From contig JAGBUS010000099.1 in the NCBI GenBank assembly GCA_017630735.1, forward strand, positions 19 through 64,018: a stretch of DNA of 64,000 nt. Reading direction: 5' to 3'. The notes under the pieces are model-generated. The model had not been told where the DNA came from. It did no database searches and worked only from the letters and a program-made list of their open reading frames with translations. Positions 1 to 8,437 of the stretch are shown here, one piece after another. How positions within the stretch are numbered: the first letter of the stretch is position 1; each line of letters begins with the position of its first letter. A program made the position numbers and the translations under genes. The stretch comes from Alistipes sp. Lineage in GTDB: Bacteria; Bacteroidota; Bacteroidia; Bacteroidales; Rikenellaceae.

Positions 1-20
1 TTGATTTTGTGGATCGCCAT
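1..20 (-). CDS. 5' end of a gene running off the left edge (MAIHKI...)
   Basis: ATG at 20 on the minus strand, A/T-rich leader, TAACTTTG -7 box at 57-64; too short to identify. Confidence 0.3.
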
Positions 21-107
21 AATTAATTATTAAGTTAGGTTAACTTTCTTATGCAACAAAGTTAGGGCAAACTATCCGAATAAGCAACTTTTTCGCATGT
101 TAATTTC

Positions 108-707
108 TTAACAATTCGCAAGTGCCTCCTCGATGAACGAGATAATCTCCTCACGTCCTGTGCCTTTCTCGCTCGAAGATATGAACATCGGTGGCAACTC
201 CTCCCACTGCTCCGAGAGGTGGGCTTTGTAGGCTTTGACGTTGCGATTTAGTTGTGCCTGAGAGAGCTTGTCTGCCTTGGTGAAGATTATGCCAAAGGGT
301 ATTCCATTTTCACCCAAAAGTTCGATGAAGCGCAGGTCTATCTTCTGCGGCTCGAGGCGTGAGTCAACAAGTACAAAGAGGAAGTGCATCTTCTCGCACT
401 TAAGCACATAGTCGAGGATAAGCTTCGAGAACTCACCACGCGCCGTCTTCGACACACGAGCGTAGCCATAACCTGGAAGGTCGACAAGATACCAGCTGTC
501 GTTGATAAGAAAGTGGTTTATGAGCTTTGTCTTACCAGGCGTACCCGATACTTTGGCAAGACCTTTGTTGCCCGTAAGCATATTCACAAGCGACGACTTA
601 CCGACGTTGCTTCGTCCGATGAACGCAATATCCTTAAAATCATCCTTTGGCACCTGCGACACCTTCTCGGAACTACACTTAAATTTTGCCTTTATAGTAA
701 CTGCCAT
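108..707 (-). CDS. yihA: Ribosome biogenesis GTPase YihA/EngB (YsxC)
   Basis: G1 GRSNVGKSS, TPGKT, G3 DLPGYG, G4 TKADK; TACCTTTG promoter at 724-731. Confidence 0.95.
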   Translation of the reverse strand: MAVTIKAKFKCSSEKVSQVPKDDFKDIAFIGRSNVGKSSLVNMLTGNKGLAKVSGTPGKTKLINHFLINDSWYLVDLPGYGYARVSKTARGEFSKLILDYVLKCEKMHFLFVLVDSRLEPQKIDLRFIELLGENGIPFGIIFTKADKLSQAQLNRNVKAYKAHLSEQWEELPPMFISSSEKGTGREEIISFIEEALANC

Positions 708-825
708 ACTCTCGAAATTTCCGCAAAGGTACGATAATTTATTTATATATATGTTGGAAGAATAGGAAATTTTTTATAATTTTGTAACACAAAACAGAAA
801 AACTTAAAACCAAAATCAAATAACA

Positions 826-2664
826 ATGAAAAAGCTATTCTATCTTTTGTTGTGCTTGCCATTGGCATTCGCAGCGTGTACAGAGCCTGATACTCCTGGT
901 GTAGAGAATAAGGAGTATGACTTGAAGGTGACATCAGAAACTATCCTCAATTTCGAGGCTGAGGGTGGCAAGGGTGTTATTGCCTACACTCTCGAGGAGA
1001 AGACACGTTTCTCTCCAGTTGGACAGCCTGTTGTTGAGGCATTTTGCGAGGCTACTTGGGTTTCAGAGCTTACCGTAGCTGAGAATATCACATTCCAGGT
1101 TGCTGCTAATGAGGCAGATGCTCGTGAGACAAAGATTGTTGTTACCTATGGTGAGCAGCAGGTTGAGGTAGCTGTGAAGCAGGAGGCTAAGGCCGAGGAG
1201 CCAGTCAATGACGTAGTATTCGAGGCACAGGTACTTACAGGTGAGTATTATGGCGACTACTATACTCCTAATGCTGGTAACTACTACATCTTCTTCTCGG
1301 ACTATGGCTTCGACGAGGAGGGTAGCATTCTTACAAACTCTATCTACTATCAGCTTGACCTCTATGGTGAGTTGTACGAGGGTGAGGCTGTGAATGGTTG
1401 CATTCCACTTCCAGCGGGTACATATACATTGGATGCTGACGATACTATGGCTGTTGGTACTATCGGCTACTCATACTCTTGCTATATGAAGACCAACTCT
1501 TCTGAAATAGAGGTTGAGGTTTACTTCGACGAGGCAGTATTGGTTGTTGAGGAGGATGGCTCTTGCACATTGACAGCAGTTGTTGAGGGTGTTAAGCATA
1601 TCGTAACTTTCAACGGTGAGTCTTCGATTGCTGACCGCCGTGAGGTGAATACAGGTGGCGATAATGTTGAAATGGAGGCAGGTTATGCATACGCAACATA
1701 CTACGGCGACCAGTATAGCCCAGGTGTTGCAGATAACTTCTACTTCTTCCTCTCGGACAAGGGTTTCGATGCTGATGGTTGGGAGTTGCCAAATGCTACA
1801 TACTATCGCTTCGACCTTTTCAGCGATATTGTTAATCCTGAGGATGGTCTTGCTATTCCTTATGGTACTTACACTATTGACAACGGTTCTTCAGAGCCAT
1901 TTACAATTGGCGCACAATACTCGGCATACTACATTATGGATGCAGAGGGTTGGGACTATGCTGTATCATCAGGCATCACATCTGGTACTGTTACCATCAG
2001 CGAGGATGGCGTTGTTGCTGACCTTATGATTGCTGGCGCTCACCACGTTGTGACATTCTCTGGCGATATCCTTGTGACTGACGCCTCATCAGGCGGTGGC
2101 GAAGGTGGCGGTGGCGAAGGTCCATACTCTACATTGTGGGAGGATTATCGCTGCAACTTCGACGACCACACTCTCTACTACGCATATTATAGCGACTACT
2201 ACGAGGTAGGTTATATGAACTGGACATTTGCCGTTATGCCTAACGATGGCGAGGGTGATTTCGTGCAGTTTGACGTATTGGCAGGTGCTGACAGCACAAC
2301 AAACTTCTTTGGTGAGTATGCTATCAATGACTCATTTGAGGCATATACCTCATATACAGGCTACATTGACTGGGATGGTTATATGGTAGGTGCGTGGTAC
2401 TATACCGAGGATGGCTATACTATGGCTCCATTTGTTGATGGTACAATGTCGGTTGTGGATAATGGCGACGGCACTGTAACCGTTGAGTTCGATGTATATG
2501 ACGACTGCGACAACAACATCACAGGCAGCTGGACAGGTGCGATGCTCTCTGCAGACGAGTTGTCTACACGCGCTGCCGACATTAAGAAGGCAGAGGTAAA
2601 GAGCGTTGAGGCTCCTGTAAAGAGGGCTATCGAGGTTAAGAAGCGCGATATCTCGAAGTTCTAA
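826..2664 (+). CDS. Surface lipoprotein with N-terminal BACON-like domain and three Tyr-rich repeated domains
   Basis: Lipobox FAAC; BACON-like W..F.V.AN...R...I.V.Q pattern; three YY(G/S)D(Y/Q)Y-type repeats; TAATTTTG at 777-784. Confidence 0.75.
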   Translation: MKKLFYLLLCLPLAFAACTEPDTPGVENKEYDLKVTSETILNFEAEGGKGVIAYTLEEKTRFSPVGQPVVEAFCEATWVSELTVAENITFQVAANEADARETKIVVTYGEQQVEVAVKQEAKAEEPVNDVVFEAQVLTGEYYGDYYTPNAGNYYIFFSDYGFDEEGSILTNSIYYQLDLYGELYEGEAVNGCIPLPAGTYTLDADDTMAVGTIGYSYSCYMKTNSSEIEVEVYFDEAVLVVEEDGSCTLTAVVEGVKHIVTFNGESSIADRREVNTGGDNVEMEAGYAYATYYGDQYSPGVADNFYFFLSDKGFDADGWELPNATYYRFDLFSDIVNPEDGLAIPYGTYTIDNGSSEPFTIGAQYSAYYIMDAEGWDYAVSSGITSGTVTISEDGVVADLMIAGAHHVVTFSGDILVTDASSGGGEGGGGEGPYSTLWEDYRCNFDDHTLYYAYYSDYYEVGYMNWTFAVMPNDGEGDFVQFDVLAGADSTTNFFGEYAINDSFEAYTSYTGYIDWDGYMVGAWYYTEDGYTMAPFVDGTMSVVDNGDGTVTVEFDVYDDCDNNITGSWTGAMLSADELSTRAADIKKAEVKSVEAPVKRAIEVKKRDISKF

Positions 2665-2678
2665 TTTAACCATACGGT

Positions 2679-2717
2679 AAAGAGTGCTTAAGGACGCTTA
2701 AGCACTCTTTGCTTTTT
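2679..2717 (+). terminator. Intrinsic terminator
   Basis: aaagagtgcttaag/cttaagcactcttt hairpin followed by T-run. Confidence 0.75.
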
Positions 2718-2735
2718 GAATATCATAGAATGATA

Positions 2736-5033
2736 ATGATGAAAAGATTATTTTTGGGCGTAGCAATGGTTATTGCTACGTTAGTAGGTTTTTGCTCTTG
2801 CGAGCGCGGTGGCGAGAACGTAAAGGAGAGTGGTATCATACTATATAACAGCGAGATGGAGGTTGGCGTAGATGCTGCCACACTTCGTTTCAACTACGAC
2901 ATTAAGAACCGCATCGAGGGCGTGGAACTCAATATTGCTTGCGCCGAGGAGTGGCTCACAATCGATAAGATTGGAGAGACCATCGTGGAGTTCTCGGTAG
3001 CGGAGAATGGTGGAGAGGAGCGTGTTGCAACGCTTAACCTTACATACGGCAACGAAAAGAACACCCTCAAAATTCGCCAGAAGGGCTACGTAGCACCATT
3101 AACGCTTACCGTAGAGAAGGCTGACGCCACATCTGTGACATTCTCTGTTGCGGCACTTGACGAGGAGATGACATGGATTGGTCAGATTGTTGGCAAGGAT
3201 TGGTACGAGAGTTTCACAACTGAGGAGCTTCTCGACGAGGATATGCGCTACTACAATGGCGTTGCTAATGAGATGGGCATATCTCTTGAGGAGTATCTCT
3301 CAGGCGTTCTTAGCCGTGGCTCACACTCAAACATTCGCATGTCGGGTCTCGACCCTGAGACAGAATATGTGGTATATATCTATGGTCTCTCGTCTATCGG
3401 CGAGGTTACCACACGTGTATTCCACGCAGAGTTCGCCACAGAGGCACCTTACGAGGGTAATGATGTTACTTACGATATCAACGTGGAGGTAAATCGTGCC
3501 ATTGCAACTATCACTATCACCCCATCGCACGAGGGCGTAGCATACTTTAACAACCTCATCACACGCGAGGATTTCGAGGCGTATGGTGGCGATATCAACA
3601 AGGCTGCAGATGCCGTAATTGCGAAGATTGTTGAGGACTATGCAGCGTGGGACTACACGCTTGCTGAGACCTTTGAGTACAACACCGACTACCTTGCTAC
3701 GCAGTATGAGTTCGAGGCTATGGCAAACACCGAATATGTAGCATTTGCCTTTAAGTGGAACGAGAAGTGTGAGCGTCTCAGCGAGGTATCGTACGCGTGG
3801 TTTGAGATTGGTGAGATTGCACCATCGGAGAATGTAATCACCATGGATATCAGCAATGTAACGCAGTCTACATTCGACATCGTGACTACTACTACAAACC
3901 TCGATCCATACGTTATCTTCCCTATCCCTGCACAGGATATTGCTAAGATGCGTACCGACGATGCTATCTTCGAGTATATCCTCAACACCTACGGCACATC
4001 AGGCTTGGTATACTACCTCTGCGAGGGCGATGTAGAGGGTACTTTCAGTGGCTTGGAGGCAGGCACAAATTATGCCATTCTCGCCTTTGGCTACGAGGCA
4101 GGAACTCTCACAACATCTATTGTACGCGAGAATATCACAACCGCGGAGGCAGGCGATGTGGATGCATGTGTATACACCATCGAGGTTACTGACATCGACG
4201 ACCGCGAGGCACATGTGAGCATCCAGCCATCTGACTTCAGTATCTTCTACTACTGGAACGTATTTGAGGCTTCGATGACCGAGGAGGAGATTAAGGAGTA
4301 TATCCTCAACACCTACAACTCGGCATACTACGGCGACTATTGGGAGTTCAGCTACTATGAGTTGGCACAGGGTGGTGTTGATAGCCGCATCTCGCAACTC
4401 AAGCCTTCGACCGACTACAAGATTGTCATTATCCCTATGAATCCTAACTCGTTTGAGTATGTAGGCTCTATGCGCGAGGGTGGATTCTTCACTACCGAGG
4501 AGGCTATCATCGCCGATATCAAGATTACCGCAGGCTTCGATGCCTACTACGATGGCGACGAGGTATATGCCCTTGAGCCACAGTATTGCAGTTCATGGAA
4601 GGGCTGGGTTGTAGTGCCTATGAGCGTTGATATCGAAGGCGAGTACAGCAGTTACCTCTACACTATGTTCTCATACGTTGAGGGTCTTGAGAACCCAGAG
4701 CTATACTCCGACGACCTTCTTATCGACAACCTCTACAACGTGGGTGCCTACTGGTCGCCAGCCTACTTCCGTGGCGAGTGGGACAAGACCATTATGATTG
4801 CTGCCGTGGCATTCGACTACGACGGCAACCCATCGCCTGTATACCGCAGCGTTCACACCTTCACACGCGACGGAGCAAGCGATGCCCAGGAGTTTGTAGA
4901 CTACTATATGGGCACTATTACAACCTACTGTGCAAAGAGTAATCCTGAGCTTAATATCGCTCCGTTAGCAAATAAGACTCAGCCTGTGCGTAACACCACT
5001 AAGCAGCAGCGCAAGGTAGAGTTTATTCGATAA
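2736..5033 (+). CDS. Lipoprotein with BACON-like domain and repeated FN3-like beta domains
   Basis: Start revised to MMKRLF...; lipobox FCSC; repeated L.P.T.Y.V motifs. Confidence 0.7.
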   Translation: MMKRLFLGVAMVIATLVGFCSCERGGENVKESGIILYNSEMEVGVDAATLRFNYDIKNRIEGVELNIACAEEWLTIDKIGETIVEFSVAENGGEERVATLNLTYGNEKNTLKIRQKGYVAPLTLTVEKADATSVTFSVAALDEEMTWIGQIVGKDWYESFTTEELLDEDMRYYNGVANEMGISLEEYLSGVLSRGSHSNIRMSGLDPETEYVVYIYGLSSIGEVTTRVFHAEFATEAPYEGNDVTYDINVEVNRAIATITITPSHEGVAYFNNLITREDFEAYGGDINKAADAVIAKIVEDYAAWDYTLAETFEYNTDYLATQYEFEAMANTEYVAFAFKWNEKCERLSEVSYAWFEIGEIAPSENVITMDISNVTQSTFDIVTTTTNLDPYVIFPIPAQDIAKMRTDDAIFEYILNTYGTSGLVYYLCEGDVEGTFSGLEAGTNYAILAFGYEAGTLTTSIVRENITTAEAGDVDACVYTIEVTDIDDREAHVSIQPSDFSIFYYWNVFEASMTEEEIKEYILNTYNSAYYGDYWEFSYYELAQGGVDSRISQLKPSTDYKIVIIPMNPNSFEYVGSMREGGFFTTEEAIIADIKITAGFDAYYDGDEVYALEPQYCSSWKGWVVVPMSVDIEGEYSSYLYTMFSYVEGLENPELYSDDLLIDNLYNVGAYWSPAYFRGEWDKTIMIAAVAFDYDGNPSPVYRSVHTFTRDGASDAQEFVDYYMGTITTYCAKSNPELNIAPLANKTQPVRNTTKQQRKVEFIR

Positions 5034-5054
5034 GAGCTCTATAATTCTATCGCT

Positions 5055-5092
5055 GGGTAGTTATGGGATTTTCCATAGCTACCCTATTTTTT
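5055..5092 (+). terminator. Intrinsic terminator
   Basis: gggtagttatgg/ccatagctaccc hairpin plus T-run. Confidence 0.75.
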
Positions 5093-5141
5093 ATCAAAAT
5101 GTTTCACTATCTTTGTAGCGTAAAATTAAAATTAGATTATT

Positions 5142-5828
5142 ATGAACAAGGTAGCGGAAAACCCTTTCAAAAACCGAACAAGCGGCACTATGCCGCTTAT
5201 CGTCGTGACGGCACTCTTTGTCACGCTCTATTTAGTCTCCAATGTTATGGCTGTTAAGGTCATAGGACTATTCGATTTTTTCTACTTCGACGCAGGTACT
5301 ATAACCTTTCCATTTGCATACATGCTTGGCGATGTGCTTACTGAAATATGGGGTTATCGCACCGCACGTAATGTTATTTGGATTACTCTTGTATGCAACA
5401 TTTTAATGGTAATTTGTACACAGGTAGGCGTATGGTTGCCATCACCCGACTACTTAGATACTACTGCCGAATCATATAATACCATCTTTAGCTACGTTCC
5501 ACGTATTGTCATTGGATCATTAGTCGGCTTCTTGTTGGGCGAGCTATCCAACGCGTGGCTTATGGAGCGAATAAAGAGAGCTACAAAGGGGCAATTCCTA
5601 TGGGTGCGTACGATAGGTAGCTCAATGGTAGGTTATCTGTTTGACACTATTCCTTTTGTTCTTATAGCCTTTGTTGGTACACTAACTGTGCGCGACCTAC
5701 TTATGATGATAGCCTTCCAATATGTTATGAAGCTTGGCATCGAGGTGCTCTTCGGAACGCCTATGGCTTATGCTACTATTGCATGGCTAAAACGTACGGT
5801 ATTTAAACAATCTGATAGCGATGAATAG
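5142..5828 (+). CDS. yhhQ: Queuosine precursor transporter (YhhQ/QPTR family)
   Basis: Multi-TM protein with SNVMAVK, FPFAYMLGDVLTEIWG, LWVRTIGSS family motifs. Confidence 0.85.
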   Translation: MNKVAENPFKNRTSGTMPLIVVTALFVTLYLVSNVMAVKVIGLFDFFYFDAGTITFPFAYMLGDVLTEIWGYRTARNVIWITLVCNILMVICTQVGVWLPSPDYLDTTAESYNTIFSYVPRIVIGSLVGFLLGELSNAWLMERIKRATKGQFLWVRTIGSSMVGYLFDTIPFVLIAFVGTLTVRDLLMMIAFQYVMKLGIEVLFGTPMAYATIAWLKRTVFKQSDSDE

Positions 5829-6504
5829 ATACTCGCTGATTCATACAAAGATGCCACGCGAGTTTGTGCTACTGCAAGGTCGTGGCTGTCGTTGGCGCAA
5901 GTGTACCTTCTGCGACTATCATTCCGATAGCAGCGATAATCCTTACGAGGTTAATCGCGAGGTACTCCAGCGTGTTACAGGAGAGTATGGCGTTCTCGAC
6001 ATTATAAACTCAGGCTCGGCAATGGAGTTTGATAACGAGACAATTGAACTTATAAAGCAAGTTGTAAGGGAGAAGAAGATAGATACTATATGGTTTGAAG
6101 CACACTATATGTATCGCCATAAGTTGGAGGAGTTTGCATCGCAGTTTGCCCCTGCAAAGGTAAAATTCCGATGCGGCATTGAGAGCTTCAACCCTAAGTT
6201 ACGTAATAGCTGGAATAAGGGTATACCAGAGGATGTAACGCCCGAAGATATTGCAAAATATTTCAGTGGTGTATGCCTTTTATGTTGCACTGAGGGCGAC
6301 AGCCGTCAACGAATTATTGATGATATAGCCACCGCACAACAATATTTTGAGTATTTCAGCATTAACCTCTTCTGCAACAACAGCACCGCGGTGCGCCGTG
6401 ACGAGGAGCTTGCCAAGTGGTTTTTGCAGGATGTATACCCTCAATTCAAGGACACTGAGGGCGTAGAGATACTTATCGAAAATACCGATCTTAATGTAGG
6501 ATAG
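5821..6504 (+). CDS. Radical SAM protein, QueL-like queuine lyase candidate
   Basis: CRWRKCTFC (Cx4Cx2C), short 227-aa radical SAM core, overlaps the yhhQ stop. Confidence 0.7.
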   Translation: MNRYSLIHTKMPREFVLLQGRGCRWRKCTFCDYHSDSSDNPYEVNREVLQRVTGEYGVLDIINSGSAMEFDNETIELIKQVVREKKIDTIWFEAHYMYRHKLEEFASQFAPAKVKFRCGIESFNPKLRNSWNKGIPEDVTPEDIAKYFSGVCLLCCTEGDSRQRIIDDIATAQQYFEYFSINLFCNNSTAVRRDEELAKWFLQDVYPQFKDTEGVEILIENTDLNVG

Positions 6505-6546
6505 GAATATATTTTATATGCAGTGCTGTATTCAACAAACATTTCC

Positions 6547-6554
6547 TATCTTTG
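6547..6554 (+). promoter_or_regulatory. Bacteroidota -7 promoter of cassette 1 (equivalents at 8243-8250 and 10993-11000)
   Basis: TATCTTTG / TATCTTTG / TATATTTG match TAnnTTTG, each 22-40 nt before a micropeptide ATG. Confidence 0.7.
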
Positions 6555-6593
6555 CATAATACTTAGGATATTAAATAATAATTTATTTACGAT

Positions 6594-6716
6594 ATGTATA
6601 TGAATAAAGATTATGCCTACCTCGCCCCCGAAGTTGAGATTGTTGAGGTAAACGTAGAGTATGGCTTTGCCAACTCAATTGAGGATCCAGTGGAAAGCCC
6701 TGAGCAGGATTGGTAA
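6594..6716 (+). CDS. 40-aa micropeptide MYMNKDYAYLAPEVEIVEVNVEYGFANSIEDPVESPEQDW (not in ORF track)
   Basis: Hand-translated; near-identical paralog at 8291-8413; lies between promoter and lipoprotein gene. Confidence 0.8.
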   Translation: MYMNKDYAYLAPEVEIVEVNVEYGFANSIEDPVESPEQDW

Positions 6717-6732
6717 TGAAAATAATTATATC

Positions 6733-8109
6733 ATGAAGATATTTTTGATTTCCGCACTTACTGTCATAATGTTTGCGGCGTGCTCAAAGGATGCTATCAA
6801 CGAGCAGCAGAGTATACAGAACATCGTTGACAAGACTCCCGAAACCCTTGTCGTAGGCTTTGAGGATGACATGACACGCATCCAACTTAACGAAGATAGA
6901 AGGACCATCTGGACAAAGAGCGATTGTGTGTCGGTATTCTACCGCTCGGATGCTAACCAGAAGTGGCAGTATAATGGTGAGACAGGTCTACGCACCGGTG
7001 AGCTTGAGTGTGTTGATAGCGGTGTAGAGACTATAAAGACCTCGCGCATAATCATTGCATATCCGTACAATGAGAATTATGGATTTGATTCGGCAACTTA
7101 TAGCGTTGCAACGTCAATGCCTGCTACTCAGACCTATATGGAGGATAGCTTCGGCCTGGATGGTAATATAATGGTGTCGTCGAGCGAGTCCGACCAATTT
7201 ACACTGAAGAGTGTGTATGGATGGGTTAAGTTGCAGCTTACGGGCAATGGAGAGAGGGTGAAGTCTATTTCATTGTGCGGTAATGACGGTGAGCAGGTGG
7301 CTGGAGATGTTGTTATCAACACTTCGGATGCTAGGATAACGTTGGCTGCCGATGGTGATAAGTCGGATGCTACGATATTTACAGAGGTTACACTCGACTG
7401 TGGCGAGGGTGTAGAGCTCGGCGCAGAGGCTACAGCGTTCTATATTGCACTGCCTCCGCAGACCTATGCAAATGGTATTACTGTGAATATCAAAGCTGTT
7501 GATGGCTCTACAATGACCAAATCTACTGGTAAGGAGCTTGTTATCGAGCGCAATCACATACAGCCGATGAAGGCGTTTGTTTATGAAGGCATTAGACCTC
7601 AGCCCAATACCGAGATTTGGTATACTAATGGCAGTACAACGACAGCGACTACTCCCTATCACACTGATGGATTTGGAGATGCGACTATCGTATCAAATAC
7701 TTATGATGAAGATGATGAGCATTGGATAATCGCTTTTGATAGAGAGGTTACAACAATTGACATGTGGACTTTTTATGGTTGCAATATGACAAGTGTCACT
7801 CTTCCTTGTGGTATTATCTCTATTGGAACAAGAGCATTTTATAGTAGTGCTATTACAACTGTTTTAATTCCTGAAAGTGTGGCAGATATTGGCTCTGAAG
7901 CATTCTCTTATTGTGGAAATCTGAAGCATGTTTATTGTAAACCAATAACACCTCCTACGTTGGGAAATGTTGGTTCTCAGATGTTTTATAGAAATGATCC
8001 TGAACTTAAGATCTATGTTCAAGCATCGGATGATGATAGTATTCTGAATGCGTATAAGGGAACTTGGTCTTGGCGTAACTATAAGAATTACATCTTCGAG
8101 GAGGAGTAA
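6733..8109 (+). CDS. Lipoprotein: fimbrillin/Mfa-like N-terminal domain + BspA-type LRR (LRR_5) C-terminus
   Basis: Start revised to MKIFLISALTVIMFAAC; TR motif (DMTRIQL), W...D..SVF, YPY, FYIALPP; L/IP.....IG..AF repeats. Confidence 0.8.
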   Translation: MKIFLISALTVIMFAACSKDAINEQQSIQNIVDKTPETLVVGFEDDMTRIQLNEDRRTIWTKSDCVSVFYRSDANQKWQYNGETGLRTGELECVDSGVETIKTSRIIIAYPYNENYGFDSATYSVATSMPATQTYMEDSFGLDGNIMVSSSESDQFTLKSVYGWVKLQLTGNGERVKSISLCGNDGEQVAGDVVINTSDARITLAADGDKSDATIFTEVTLDCGEGVELGAEATAFYIALPPQTYANGITVNIKAVDGSTMTKSTGKELVIERNHIQPMKAFVYEGIRPQPNTEIWYTNGSTTTATTPYHTDGFGDATIVSNTYDEDDEHWIIAFDREVTTIDMWTFYGCNMTSVTLPCGIISIGTRAFYSSAITTVLIPESVADIGSEAFSYCGNLKHVYCKPITPPTLGNVGSQMFYRNDPELKIYVQASDDDSILNAYKGTWSWRNYKNYIFEEE

Positions 8110-8169
8110 TCGCGGGGCGTAGTTGCCTAAAAAGTTTAGCGCGGGTATCACAAAGGTACTCGCGCTAAA
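8104..8169 (+). terminator. Cassette-1 3' repeat with terminator hairpin
   Basis: tttagcgcgggtat..gtactcgcgctaaa hairpin; 8104-8167 matches 12810-12873 at 63/64 nt. Confidence 0.75.
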
Positions 8170-8290
8170 GCATTAATAACCTTAATGTATAACCCCGAAA
8201 TAAAACGATAGCTACGACTTAGTTTTTTTGTGAATTATTTTCTATCTTTGCATAGCATTTCCGGCACATATTTAATAACATATTTTCGAT

Positions 8291-8413
8291 ATGAAGACAA
8301 CTAAGAATTATACTTACATCGCACCTGAGGTTGAGATTGTTGAGGTAAACGTAGAGTATGGCTTTGCCAACTCAATTGAGGACCCTGTGGAAAACCCTGA
8401 GCAGGATTGGTAA
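8291..8413 (+). CDS. 40-aa micropeptide MKTTKNYTYIAPEVEIVEVNVEYGFANSIEDPVENPEQDW (not in ORF track)
   Basis: Hand-translated; paralog of 6594-6716. Confidence 0.8.
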   Translation: MKTTKNYTYIAPEVEIVEVNVEYGFANSIEDPVENPEQDW

Positions 8414-8437
8414 TTAACACAAACAAAACAATTAAAT

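Noticed and set aside
5034-5141. preQ1 riboswitch upstream of yhhQ
   Set aside because: The hairpin is the upstream gene's terminator, and the short leader after TATCTTTG shows no recognisable aptamer
6661-6732. ORF-track N-terminal extension MALPTQLR... of the first LRR lipoprotein
   Set aside because: It overlaps the micropeptide in another frame; the signal peptide begins at ATG 6733
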